Below, one piece after another: positions 9,707-19,315 of a stretch of 64,000 nucleotides of DNA. The notes under the pieces are model-generated. The model was not told the DNA's origin and made no database searches. It was given only the letters and a program-made list of their open reading frames with translations. The DNA is from a virus. Position numbers and translations under genes: made by a program. Position 1 is the stretch's first letter. Each line of letters opens with the position of its first letter. Where the stretch lies: IMG/VR virus record IMGVR_UViG_3300046171_000193, positions 87,682 through 151,681 of that record; one strand, given 5' to 3'.

Positions 9707-10295
9707 GGGTCTTTTCAAACTCTGTAAGTGATTTAAATATTCGTGTTTTCTTTTTTATCTTTTGATTAGCAAAGCTATTAAGCTTCTTAATCGTTTCTTC
9801 TGTTGGATTAATTAATGCTGTTCGCGAACCAACCTTAAATGCAGCTTTAGCATCTGCAATAGTATAACCTACATACCATCCATTTTTAAAAACAATTCCC
9901 TGTTCTTGCACTGCTCTTTTAAACATTCCTGTACTTGGCTTTACAAAAGGATCTTGTTTTTCTATTCCAATAGAATAGTACATATAGTCAATAGTCATAA
10001 TACCAGCATCACCAAATACTTTCATAAGTCCTTGTAGCATAGATTCTGATTTTTGTTCAGTGGAACCAGCTTCATCCATAATTAATCCGACTTTATAACC
10101 TTTTAGTCTTAGATTTTTTATAGCTTCTAAAGCTCCTTCAATAGGTTCTAACGATGCTCCTTGTGTAATAACATCTTTCCGTTCAAATGCTATATTAGTT
10201 TTAGGAAATGTTTTAGGCCAAATCACCTGGTTATTTTTATTTTCTACCTGACCAGGATTATAATCAGGTATTTCCATTGCTTTTAAATCAACCAT
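9699..10295 (-). CDS. gmhB: GmhB-like heptose-1,7-bisphosphate phosphatase (HAD IIIA) with degenerate catalytic motifs
   Basis: Fold motifs (EPIEGALEAI, KPSTGMF, YVGxxxxDAKAA) in the heptose operon, but DxD reads ERK and GD reads GY. Confidence 0.6.
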   Translation of the reverse strand: MVDLKAMEIPDYNPGQVENKNNQVIWPKTFPKTNIAFERKDVITQGASLEPIEGALEAIKNLRLKGYKVGLIMDEAGSTEQKSESMLQGLMKVFGDAGIMTIDYMYYSIGIEKQDPFVKPSTGMFKRAVQEQGIVFKNGWYVGYTIADAKAAFKVGSRTALINPTEETIKKLNSFANQKIKKKTRIFKSLTEFEKTLK

Positions 10296-11175
10296 TATTT
10301 AAATACGCTAATACTGCGCCCTCCGCTGAACCTGTATCACTTGGATTTGGCGGAATGTATAAGTCATCCCAGGTTTTACCAACAAGCTTTGGCATTGATT
10401 TATTAAATGCCACTCCGCCACTTATTACTAAATTTTTACTAGTTGTAATTTTTCTTGCATATCTTAATATGTAAGTTATACACTGTTCAAATATTCCTCT
10501 TGTTGCACTTGCTATCTCTTTATTGCCTTTACCCCACCACATTCCTCGTGCGCCACGATGAAAGTTCATTTTAAATTTAGGCATAGGTTCCCATTTTTTT
10601 ATTATATCTATTTCAATATGGGTTCTTAATAGAGAAAATGGTGTAAAAGAGTGTGACATCTCTTCAAACTTTGCTTCATCCTTTTGTGGCTTTAATCCTA
10701 CACGATCGGTCATAGCAGAATAAAATAATCCCAAGCTATGAGGATATTTTGATGACTTTAGCTTTTTAAGTTTACCGTTCTCTGCTTTCCATATCGTAGT
10801 ACAATCAAATTCTCCTATACTATCAAAGACAACTACTGTTGCATCTTCAAATCCGCTTTTATAAAAAGCGGCAGCATGAGACTCATGATGTCCAACATAA
10901 GTCCATTTACAGTCAATTTGTATATCACGTAAATAACGTTTAATATTATTTCTATGAAACGGTCTCTTTTGTCCGGCTAAAAATTGCCTAATAGCTTTAA
11001 GATACGGATTTTCATACCATACTACTAAATCAGGTTCGCCTTCTTGTTTAGCATCTCTAACTGCTTTAAGTGTATGCTTACGTCCTTTACCAGATATAAC
11101 TCTAATAAGTTCTTTATCTTTAAATATGGCAATTGCCCAGTCATGGCCATTCTTTGACATACCCCATATTATCAT
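10288..11175 (-). CDS. carbamoyltransferase, N-terminal (Kae1-like) domain only
   Basis: GHD, VWYENP, HHESHAA, YPHSLGLFYSA, SGGVAFN, PSDTGSAEGA; no C-terminal YrdC-like domain. Confidence 0.8.
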   Translation of the reverse strand: MIIWGMSKNGHDWAIAIFKDKELIRVISGKGRKHTLKAVRDAKQEGEPDLVVWYENPYLKAIRQFLAGQKRPFHRNNIKRYLRDIQIDCKWTYVGHHESHAAAFYKSGFEDATVVVFDSIGEFDCTTIWKAENGKLKKLKSSKYPHSLGLFYSAMTDRVGLKPQKDEAKFEEMSHSFTPFSLLRTHIEIDIIKKWEPMPKFKMNFHRGARGMWWGKGNKEIASATRGIFEQCITYILRYARKITTSKNLVISGGVAFNKSMPKLVGKTWDDLYIPPNPSDTGSAEGAVLAYLNNG

Positions 11176-11531
11176 TTTTGACTATTGCCTTTTGCAACTC
11201 TATAATTATCTTCTACGGAATCTGGAGTAGAAACTTCTATAATAGTTCCTTTTTGCACGCATATGAGTTGATGCGGTATCAAAGGTTTAATTCTTCTGCT
11301 ATCTCCAGCCGTTAATCTTTCTTTTTTTACAGTAGCGTCTAAAGTTTCTATTGTGAGTAAATCAAACACTCCTTCAAGAACAAACCATGATTCATCTTTT
11401 TCTGCATGGAAATGCATTGAAAATCTTGATCCTTCATTAAATGCTAATAATTTTCCACAATACTTATCATTAGTAGCAAAGATATTTTCATGGCCCCAAC
11501 CTTTTTCGACAAAGCCTTCAAGTTGTGTCAT
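11172..11531 (-). CDS. cupin (mannose-6-P/D-lyxose isomerase-like)
   Basis: VEKGWGHE, SMHFHAEKDE, PLIPHQL, EVST...DNYR; start MTQLEG chosen. Confidence 0.75.
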   Translation of the reverse strand: MTQLEGFVEKGWGHENIFATNDKYCGKLLAFNEGSRFSMHFHAEKDESWFVLEGVFDLLTIETLDATVKKERLTAGDSRRIKPLIPHQLICVQKGTIIEVSTPDSVEDNYRVAKGNSQK

Positions 11532-11916
11532 TGCGAATCCTTTCAATAAATTTAGTAGTAGAATACCCTATTGTATATGGTATAATTTTTATCCTAGCTA
11601 AATCGTTACCTATAACATTATCTGGAACATAATCACCACCTTTGGTAATTATGTCTGGTCTTATATATTTAATTAATTCATATGGGTTTGGCTCATCAAA
11701 AATATAAACACGATCAACAAAGCTTAAACATTCTAATGCAAACTTTCTGTCTTCTTCTTTATTTATTGGCCTATCTGAACCTTTTAGTTTACGTACACTA
11801 CTGTCTGAGTTGATACCGACAATAAGTCTTTCTCCCCAAAAGGCAGATTCTTTTAAATAATCTAAGTGACCTCGATGTAAAATGTCGAAGCATCCATTTG
11901 TAAATACTGTTTTCAT
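11518..11916 (-). CDS. hldC: heptose-1-phosphate adenylyltransferase (HldE/RfaE domain II)
   Basis: FTNGCFDILHRGH, GINSDSSVRKLKGSDRPIN, KGGDY, GYSTT. Confidence 0.88.
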   Translation of the reverse strand: MKTVFTNGCFDILHRGHLDYLKESAFWGERLIVGINSDSSVRKLKGSDRPINKEEDRKFALECLSFVDRVYIFDEPNPYELIKYIRPDIITKGGDYVPDNVIGNDLARIKIIPYTIGYSTTKFIERIRNDTT

Positions 11917-12497
11917 TAAAAATATATATTAGCTGATAAGCATTTCCTAATATTTTCGGTTTTATTTTTAAACACGCCGTGTTCTAACCAACTTGGAAAT
12001 AATAATAGCTTCCTTTCTTGTGGAGATATTCTTACCATATTTGGTAAATGCGATGTATTAGCTGCATACTTTTGTTGTCCAGGGTTAGAAAAATAGAAAT
12101 CTCCATCTTGCCCATTACTAGCAATGTAATAAGCTACCGATATGCTTGCTGAACCATGTGAATGCTGCTGAGCATAGTCACCCTTTTCATATTTTGTTAT
12201 CCAAGAAGTTCTTGAAAAGTCTCCAATATATCCTCCAATGTTTTTAGAATATTCTTGTATATGCTTTATAAGCTCATCATTAAATTCTGATAAGTCAAAT
12301 TGTGATATAACATCGGATTGAAAATTTGCAGTTCCGTCGGCGGATATATTCATTTTATGTGCTTCTGAAGAATGTTCAACCGGATAATCCCATTGAACAT
12401 TTTCTAATTTATCCATAGTTGTATTATGAACAGCTTCAGTAATTTCACCTTCATATACATTAATTGGAAAAATTTGTATTGTGTTTCCAGTTATCAT
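11916..12497 (-). CDS. 2OG-Fe(II) oxygenase (TIGR02466-like)
   Basis: SWI...HSH...SVAYY...LLLFPSWLEHGV...RKCLSAN; start placed at ATG 12497 because the longer ORF overlaps the promoter. Confidence 0.8.
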   Translation of the reverse strand: MITGNTIQIFPINVYEGEITEAVHNTTMDKLENVQWDYPVEHSSEAHKMNISADGTANFQSDVISQFDLSEFNDELIKHIQEYSKNIGGYIGDFSRTSWITKYEKGDYAQQHSHGSASISVAYYIASNGQDGDFYFSNPGQQKYAANTSHLPNMVRISPQERKLLLFPSWLEHGVFKNKTENIRKCLSANIYF

Positions 12498-12503
12498 TGT
12501 TCT

Positions 12504-12532
12504 ATTATAACACACTTCCTAGTAATTGTAAA
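12504..12532 (-). promoter_or_regulatory. early promoter TTTACA-N17-TATAAT (minus strand) driving the heptose operon
   Basis: Reverse complement reads cgTTTACAattactaggaagtgtgtTATAAT. Confidence 0.7.
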
Positions 12533-12534
12533 CG

Positions 12535-12542
12535 TATAAATA
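12535..12542 (+). promoter_or_regulatory. late promoter TATAAATA for the gp13-17 operon
   Basis: Exact motif upstream of gp13. Confidence 0.8.
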
Positions 12543-12569
12543 GATAAAAGTTTTTGAAAAGGAACGAAT

Positions 12570-13325
12570 ATGGCAGCACCAACATCAAGGCAAGGATTGA
12601 TCGACTATTGTCTTCGTAGACTCGGTGATCCTGTATTAGAGATCAATGTAGATGACGATCAACTTGAAGAGAGAGTTGATGATGCATTACAGATGTATCA
12701 AGAGTTTCACTCTGACGCTACGATTAAAACATACCTAAAGCATCAGGTTACACAAACTGATGTTGATAATGGTTATATTCCTATTTCTTCTAATATTATA
12801 TATGTATCTCGCTTATTACCGATCAATTCTTCATTCGGCTCTTCTCGTAACTTCTTTGATATAAAATATCAGTTGATGTTAAATGATATTGCTGATATGC
12901 AAAACTTTGCCGGTGACTTGGCTTACTATGAGCAATTGCAACAATATCTATCGTTATTAGATATGAAGCTAAATGGGCATCCGCAAGTAGAATTTGCTAG
13001 ACGACAAGATAGGCTTTATATACATGGTTCGTTTGCTGAAAAAGAAATAAAGGTAGGAGATTTTGTAGTTGCAGAGATATATCAAATAATAGATCCAGAT
13101 ACTCATACAAGTGTATATGATGATATGTGGTTAAAAGAATATTCTACTCAGCTAATAAAACAACAATGGGGCGCAAACCTAATTAAGTTCGAAGGAATGC
13201 AATTACCTGGAGGCGTTACACTAAACGGTAGACAGTTATACGACGATGCTTTACAAGAAATTGATAGGCTTCGCGAACGCATACGTTTAGAACATGAACT
13301 TCCACCTAACTTTTTTGTAGGTTAA
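12570..13325 (+). CDS. gp13: neck protein gp13
   Basis: LIDYCLRRLGDPVLEINV, KQQWGANLIKFEGMQLPGGVTLNG; synteny. Confidence 0.92.
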   Translation: MAAPTSRQGLIDYCLRRLGDPVLEINVDDDQLEERVDDALQMYQEFHSDATIKTYLKHQVTQTDVDNGYIPISSNIIYVSRLLPINSSFGSSRNFFDIKYQLMLNDIADMQNFAGDLAYYEQLQQYLSLLDMKLNGHPQVEFARRQDRLYIHGSFAEKEIKVGDFVVAEIYQIIDPDTHTSVYDDMWLKEYSTQLIKQQWGANLIKFEGMQLPGGVTLNGRQLYDDALQEIDRLRERIRLEHELPPNFFVG

Positions 13326-13326
13326 C

Positions 13327-14199
13327 ATGGCACGAAATATTTATTTCTCAGATGCAATTAGATCTGAACAGAAGCTCTATGAAAATATAATCATAGAATC
13401 TCTAAAGATGTATGGACAAGATGTCTATTATCTACCGCGTACTGTTGTAAATGAGAATAGAATATTAGGCGAAGACGTATCGTCAAAATTTAGTAACTCT
13501 TATAAGATTGAGATGTACATTGAAAACACAGAAGGATTCGACGGTGAAGGAGACTTATTCACTAAGTTCGGAGTTGAGATACGGGATGAAGCTACTTTTA
13601 TCGTGTCTCGAAGACGTTGGAATACTACGGTTGGCAAAGTTGATAACCAAATAGAAGGTGAAAGACCGAGAGAAGGAGATCTCATATTCCTTCCACTTTC
13701 TAAATCAATGTTTGAAGTTATGCATGTAGAACACGAGCAACCATTTTATCAGTTAGCAAATCTACCTACATTTAAAATGCGTTGTCAACTATTTGAATAT
13801 TCTGGTGAAGATCTTGATACGGATCTTACCACCATAGATACTATAGAACAAACAAATGCATACGAATTTGATATGGTATTAAGCGGTGTGAGTGGAGATT
13901 TCCAAATAGGCGAGAGAGTAACACAAACTCTTGTTGATGGAACTGTATTAGGTGCAGAGGTTTCTGAATGGGTATCTAGTGCAAATTCGCTTTCAGTTAT
14001 TCATTTAGGCGGAAGTGACGGAAAATTCCATCTGCCAACTACCGGAAAACTTATTACTGGTCAAGAATCAAATGCAACTGGAACTGTATCATCGTTTACG
14101 GAAGATAATCAAATGCATGCCAATGAACAAAATGATGATTTTGAAGGTTTAGATTTTATTGACTTTAGTGAGACAAATCCATTTGGGGATCCTGGATAA
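13327..14199 (+). CDS. gp14: neck protein gp14
   Basis: ESLKMYGQDVYYLPR, RPREGDLIFLP, PFYQL, DFSETNPFG. Confidence 0.92.
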   Translation: MARNIYFSDAIRSEQKLYENIIIESLKMYGQDVYYLPRTVVNENRILGEDVSSKFSNSYKIEMYIENTEGFDGEGDLFTKFGVEIRDEATFIVSRRRWNTTVGKVDNQIEGERPREGDLIFLPLSKSMFEVMHVEHEQPFYQLANLPTFKMRCQLFEYSGEDLDTDLTTIDTIEQTNAYEFDMVLSGVSGDFQIGERVTQTLVDGTVLGAEVSEWVSSANSLSVIHLGGSDGKFHLPTTGKLITGQESNATGTVSSFTEDNQMHANEQNDDFEGLDFIDFSETNPFGDPG

Positions 14200-14984
14200 T
14201 GTTTGGAAATTATTTTTATCATCAAAGAATAAGAAAAGCAGTAGCTACTTTTGGTGCTATGTTTAACGACATATACGTTTTGCGTAAAGACGCTAGCGGT
14301 GGTATTATTAACACACAAAAAGTACCTTTATCTTACGGACCTAGGTCTAAGTTTCTCGATAGAATCAGAGAAGTACCTGATCTAGAAGAACGCAGAGTAG
14401 CGATAAAGCTTCCTCGTATGTCATTTGAGATTATGAATATTTCTTATGATCCTGCAAGACAGTTGCCAAAAGCTAACGTTACTGCACGTGCCCCCGTGGC
14501 CGGTACAGTTTTATCTCGTAGTAAGATAGAAGTTGGCGTTCCATATATGATTAGCTTTCAACTGAGCGTTTTTGCAAAAATGCAAGACGACGCTTTGCAG
14601 GTGGTTGAACAAGTTATACCATATTTTAATCCACAATATACTTTAAGCATTAAACCTTTTGACGATATTGATACTATAAAAGAAGACGTACCAATTATTT
14701 TGACTGGCGTTACAATGAATGATGACTATGAAGGTGAGGTTGCTTCACGTAGAACAATAGTATATACCATGGACTTTGATATGCATATTACGTTTCACGG
14801 ACCGGTTACATCTAGTGGTATTATACGTACAGCTATTACTGATATTCTCGATATTAATGCCGGGCTTAATGATTCAGACGTTCCATTAGAAAGAATAACA
14901 GTGACACCTAATCCAGGCAGTGCTAGCCCAGACAGTGACTTTGGATTTACAACAAATATATTAGGAATTGACAGTGCGTTATGA
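14199..14984 (+). CDS. gp15: tail sheath stabiliser/completion protein gp15
   Basis: FGAMFNDI, KVPLSYGP, LPRMSFE, QVIPYFNP. Confidence 0.92.
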   Translation: MFGNYFYHQRIRKAVATFGAMFNDIYVLRKDASGGIINTQKVPLSYGPRSKFLDRIREVPDLEERRVAIKLPRMSFEIMNISYDPARQLPKANVTARAPVAGTVLSRSKIEVGVPYMISFQLSVFAKMQDDALQVVEQVIPYFNPQYTLSIKPFDDIDTIKEDVPIILTGVTMNDDYEGEVASRRTIVYTMDFDMHITFHGPVTSSGIIRTAITDILDINAGLNDSDVPLERITVTPNPGSASPDSDFGFTTNILGIDSAL

Positions 14985-15319
14985 TGGATTCAAACACAGC
15001 TAATAATGACTTTGAGTATGCTCGACAGATATATCATGATCTGTTAGCAAAAGGATCTGAGTCAATGGAAGAGATGATGGAGGTTGCAAGAGCAACTGAA
15101 CATCCTCGTGCCTTTGAAGTTTTATCTAATATGATGAAAAACATATCAGATATTAATGGCAATCTTATGGATATGCATAAGAAGAAAAAAGACTTTGAAC
15201 AAAAAGAACAGAAAGCTTTGCCTCAAGGGCAGACTACAAATAATGTTTTTGTTGGATCTACTTCAGATTTACAACGTATGCTACAAGATGAAATGATTGA
15301 TGTTACTCCAAAAGAATGA
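14981..15319 (+). CDS. gp16: terminase small subunit gp16
   Basis: DFEYAR, EHPRAFEV, NNVFVGSTSDLQ. Confidence 0.9.
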   Translation: MMDSNTANNDFEYARQIYHDLLAKGSESMEEMMEVARATEHPRAFEVLSNMMKNISDINGNLMDMHKKKKDFEQKEQKALPQGQTTNNVFVGSTSDLQRMLQDEMIDVTPKE

Positions 15320-16901
15320 CACATACTTAGGTAATCCTAATATAAAACGAGACGGAATAGTTACTCAATGGACAAACGAAGAAGTTCTTGAGTATGCTCG
15401 TTGTATGAAAGATCCGTCACACTTCGCCACAACTTATTGTAAGATTATATCCCTTGATGAGGGATTAGTTCCTTTTGAATTATATGCTTACCAAGAAAAA
15501 ATGTTTAAAGCGTTTGATGCAAATCGCTTTAATATAGTATTAGCATGCCGACAGTCTGGTAAATCTATATCTTCAGTGGCATATCTATTATGGTACGCTT
15601 TATTTCATACAGAAAAAACTATTGCTGTTATGGCAAACAAAGGTGCTACAGCTCGCGAGATGCTGGGTCGTATTACTCTTATGCTAGAAAATTTACCTTT
15701 TTTCTTACAGCCCGGTTGTAAGGCTTTGAATAAGGGTTCAATCGAGTTTTCAAATAATTCCCGTATCGTTGCAGCGGCAACGTCAGGCTCCTCGATTCGA
15801 GGTATGTCTGTGTCGTTATTGTATTTAGACGAGTTTGCGTTTGTGGAAAATGCTGCTGAGTTTTATACGTCGACATATCCGGTTATCTCATCTGGTACAA
15901 ATACTAAAATCATTATTACATCTACTGCTAATGGTATTGGTAACGTATTTCATAAAATCTGGGAAGGTGCTGCGCAAGGAATAAATGAGTTTAAACCTTT
16001 TCGCGTTGACTGGTGGGACGTACCTGGACGTGACGAGAACTGGAAAAACCAGACAATAGCAAATACGTCTCAGCTACAATTTGACCAAGAGTTTGGAAAT
16101 ACATTTTTTGGTACCGGAGATACATTAGTTAACGCCGAAACATTACTAAAGCTTCGAGCAAAAAATCCTCTGCGCTATCTTGAAGGCGGTGACCTTAAGA
16201 TCTACGAAGAAACACAAAAAGATAACGAGTACGTTATGTTAGTTGACGTATCGAAAGGAAGAGGACAGGATTATTCTACATTTAATTTAATCGATATAAG
16301 CTCTAGACCTTTTAAACAGGTTGCCGTTTATCGCAACAATCTTATCTCTCCATTACTCTTCCCTAATATTATATATAAGTGGGCGAATTCCTATAACAAA
16401 GCATATGTCGTAATTGAGTCAAATGATCAAGGTTCTCTTGTGACAAATGGTCTCTATCATGATCTAGAATATGAGAATATGCATGTTGAGTCTGCCATTA
16501 AAGCAAATGCTCTTGGAATTGAAATGACTCGTAAAGTTAAAAGGCTTGGCTGCTCATCATTTAAAGATATAATAGAAAATAACAAACTAGACATATGCGA
16601 TGATGATACTATTTTAGAAATATCTACATTTGTAGCAAAAGGAGTATCATACGAAGCTTCTCCTGGAAATCATGACGATTTAGTGATGAATCTAGTAATG
16701 CTAGGTTATTTTATGTCAACACAATATTTTAGCGATATGACTGATATTAATCTAAAAGAAATAATGTTTAAACAAAAGATGAAAGAAATAGAAGATGATC
16801 TCCCTCCATTTGGATTTATTGATGATGGACTACCTGCTCACCCAACAGAAGAAGAAATTGAAGGAAGGCAGTGGGCTATAGAATATATGCCAGATATTTA
16901 A
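15297..16901 (+). CDS. gp17: terminase large subunit gp17
   Basis: Walker A RQSGKS, Walker B LYLDEFAF, ITSTANG, nuclease DVSKG...DYS, HDDLVM. Confidence 0.96.
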   Translation: MMLLQKNDTYLGNPNIKRDGIVTQWTNEEVLEYARCMKDPSHFATTYCKIISLDEGLVPFELYAYQEKMFKAFDANRFNIVLACRQSGKSISSVAYLLWYALFHTEKTIAVMANKGATAREMLGRITLMLENLPFFLQPGCKALNKGSIEFSNNSRIVAAATSGSSIRGMSVSLLYLDEFAFVENAAEFYTSTYPVISSGTNTKIIITSTANGIGNVFHKIWEGAAQGINEFKPFRVDWWDVPGRDENWKNQTIANTSQLQFDQEFGNTFFGTGDTLVNAETLLKLRAKNPLRYLEGGDLKIYEETQKDNEYVMLVDVSKGRGQDYSTFNLIDISSRPFKQVAVYRNNLISPLLFPNIIYKWANSYNKAYVVIESNDQGSLVTNGLYHDLEYENMHVESAIKANALGIEMTRKVKRLGCSSFKDIIENNKLDICDDDTILEISTFVAKGVSYEASPGNHDDLVMNLVMLGYFMSTQYFSDMTDINLKEIMFKQKMKEIEDDLPPFGFIDDGLPAHPTEEEIEGRQWAIEYMPDI

Positions 16902-16905
16902 ATAT

Positions 16906-16913
16906 TATAAATA
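16906..16913 (+). promoter_or_regulatory. late promoter TATAAATA for gp18
   Basis: Exact motif in intergenic gap. Confidence 0.8.
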
Positions 16914-16981
16914 AGACTGAGTGAAAAAGAATTCGTATTATGAACCCGCATATAATTTAAATTTTCGAGAGGACAGAAATT

Positions 16982-18718
16982 ATGGCATTTTCAGAATCTC
17001 CGGCAATTACGGTAAGAGAGATAGACGCGTCTGGTGTAGTGCCAGCAGTTTCTTCTTCTACTGGCGCATTTGTTGGTAATTTCCGTTGGGGCCCTGTTGA
17101 GAAACCAGTTTTGATTTCTAATGAAGCACAGCTGGCAGAAACATTTGGGACGCCAACACCCGCTAATTCTGTCGATTTCCATTCGGCAGCGTACTTTCTT
17201 AAGTACACAAATGCCCTTCAAGTTGTTCGTGTATTAGGCGATACAGATGGTTATAACGCTTATAATCATAACGAAGTAGCTAAGGGCAAAAATGTCAGAG
17301 TTAAAGATGGTGATGCATGGGATGCAGCACTAGCAGGATTTGATTCTGATAAACATACATTCGTAGCTAAATGGCCAGGTGCACTGGGCAATAGCTTAAG
17401 AGTTTCTTTATGCCCACAACAAGGTGCTGATTCAGCATATAATGGATGGGCATATAAGGATAATTTTGATACACCTCCCGGTACATCAGGTTTTGCTGAA
17501 GGCAAAAACGCAGTGAACGACGAAATTCACGTTGCAGTTGTCGACCAAGGCGGCAAATTTTCCGGTACAAAGGGAACAGTATTAGAAACATATCCATTTG
17601 TTTCAGTGGCAGCAAATGCTAAAACATCAGATGGTTCAACAAACTTTGTGAGAGACGTAATCAATAGAAAATCAGCATACATTTGGATGGCTGGTTTTGA
17701 TTCAGATTACACTGTTGCAAACTCTGGACTAGATGCAGATTCTGGAAAAGATTTCCAACTTTCTGCTGGCGTACTAGCTGCTAAAAACTACGAACTAGAT
17801 TCTGGTGATGAGTCAGAAAATATGGACGTAGGTGATTACATTACTGGTTTTGATAAGTTTGAAGACAAAGATAATATCCAAGTAGATCTTATGATTGCTC
17901 CTCAAATGTCATCAAGAACAGATACGACAACAATCGTTAACGATTTGGTAAGTATTGCTCAAGGTCAACGTAAAGACTGCGTAGTAGTTGCTTCACCAGC
18001 AAGAAGCGATATCGTTGGTGCAACTCCGGCAAATGCTAATACTGCTGCTGTGACGACCGCTAATACATTTACTGCTTCTTCATATTTAGTTGTCGACAAT
18101 AACTTTCTTAAAGTCTATGATAAATATAACGATGAGTTTATCTTTGTCCCCGCAAACTCTTCAACCGCAGGCGTTATGGCTGCGACTGATGTAACAGCGG
18201 CAACTTGGTTCTCACCAGCTGGTCCGCGACGTGGTCAATATCTTGGTGTAACAGGTATTTCATACTCTCCGAACAAAGCTCAGAGAGATGTGCTATATCG
18301 TAACGGTATTAACCCGATTGCGAATATTCCTGGTCAAGGATTGCTACTATTTGGTGATAAGACAAAACTCGCAAGGCCTTCGGCATTCGATCGTATTAAC
18401 GTACGTCGTTTGTTCTTGACTATCGAAAGAGCAATCTCGATTGCAGCTCGAAACGTAATGTTCGAATTCAACGATGAATTCACAAGAGCAGAGTTCGTTG
18501 GAGTTGTAGAGCCATTCTTAAGAGACATCAAAGGTCGCCGTGGTATAACAGACTTCCGTGTGATTTGTGACGAAACAAACAATACGGGTGCAGTTATAGA
18601 TAGAAATGAATTTGTTGCGACAGTCTTAGTCAAACCTGCACGTTCGATCAACTTTGTTACTCTTAACTTTGTTGCCGTACGTACCGGAGTTGATTTCGCA
18701 GAAATCGCTGGGGTGTAA
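16982..18718 (+). CDS. gp18: tail sheath protein gp18
   Basis: SPAITVREID, FRWGP, WFSPAG, FDRINVRRLF, KPARSINF. Confidence 0.95.
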   Translation: MAFSESPAITVREIDASGVVPAVSSSTGAFVGNFRWGPVEKPVLISNEAQLAETFGTPTPANSVDFHSAAYFLKYTNALQVVRVLGDTDGYNAYNHNEVAKGKNVRVKDGDAWDAALAGFDSDKHTFVAKWPGALGNSLRVSLCPQQGADSAYNGWAYKDNFDTPPGTSGFAEGKNAVNDEIHVAVVDQGGKFSGTKGTVLETYPFVSVAANAKTSDGSTNFVRDVINRKSAYIWMAGFDSDYTVANSGLDADSGKDFQLSAGVLAAKNYELDSGDESENMDVGDYITGFDKFEDKDNIQVDLMIAPQMSSRTDTTTIVNDLVSIAQGQRKDCVVVASPARSDIVGATPANANTAAVTTANTFTASSYLVVDNNFLKVYDKYNDEFIFVPANSSTAGVMAATDVTAATWFSPAGPRRGQYLGVTGISYSPNKAQRDVLYRNGINPIANIPGQGLLLFGDKTKLARPSAFDRINVRRLFLTIERAISIAARNVMFEFNDEFTRAEFVGVVEPFLRDIKGRRGITDFRVICDETNNTGAVIDRNEFVATVLVKPARSINFVTLNFVAVRTGVDFAEIAGV

Positions 18719-18728
18719 GGAGGTTTAA

Positions 18729-19263
18729 ATGGCTATTTTAGGTATCGACGATTTTAAATCCAAACTTGCAGGTGGGGGGCGCACGTCCAAATCTGTTTAA
18801 AGTCACTGTAAACTTTCCAACAGCAATTCCCACTGCGGGTGATGCTGAATTAACTTCTTTCTTATGTAGAGCGGCTCAGTTGCCTGGTTCTACGATTCCA
18901 CCTATGCCAGTGCCTTTCCGAGGCCGAGTGCTAAATATGGCTGGTGATCGTACATTTGAACCATGGACTGTAACTTGTATGAACGATACAAACTTTACAA
19001 TTCGCGATTCAATGGAAAGATGGATGAATGGGATTAATGCTCATTCACTTAATACAGGGGAAGTGAATCCAGTAAACTATCAAGCTGATTTAAAAGTTGA
19101 CCAATTGGATAAGGACGAAAAAGTTCTTAAAACATACAACTTTATTGCGGCATTCCCAACAGCAATCTCACCAATCGAGCTTGCTTATGATGCCAATGAT
19201 CAGATTGAAGAGTTCACAATTGAGTGGACTTACCAGTACTGGACATCAAACACAACTAGCTAA
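18729..19263 (+). CDS. gp19: tail tube protein gp19 (one extra G in run 18774-18779, likely sequencing error)
   Basis: ATG 18729 MAILGIDDFKSKLAGG joins GGARPNLF...PFRGR...AGDRTFEPW after a one-base shift. Confidence 0.9.
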
Positions 19264-19270
19264 GTTGTTC

Positions 19271-19300
19271 AGGAGGCCAGGTTCTCTGGCCTCCTTATTT
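19271..19300 (+). terminator. stem-loop after gp19 (terminator or mRNA stabiliser)
   Basis: AGGAGGCCAG-gttct-CTGGCCTCCT, 10-bp perfect stem followed by T-rich tract. Confidence 0.65.
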
Positions 19301-19315
19301 AATTTAGGATGAAGT

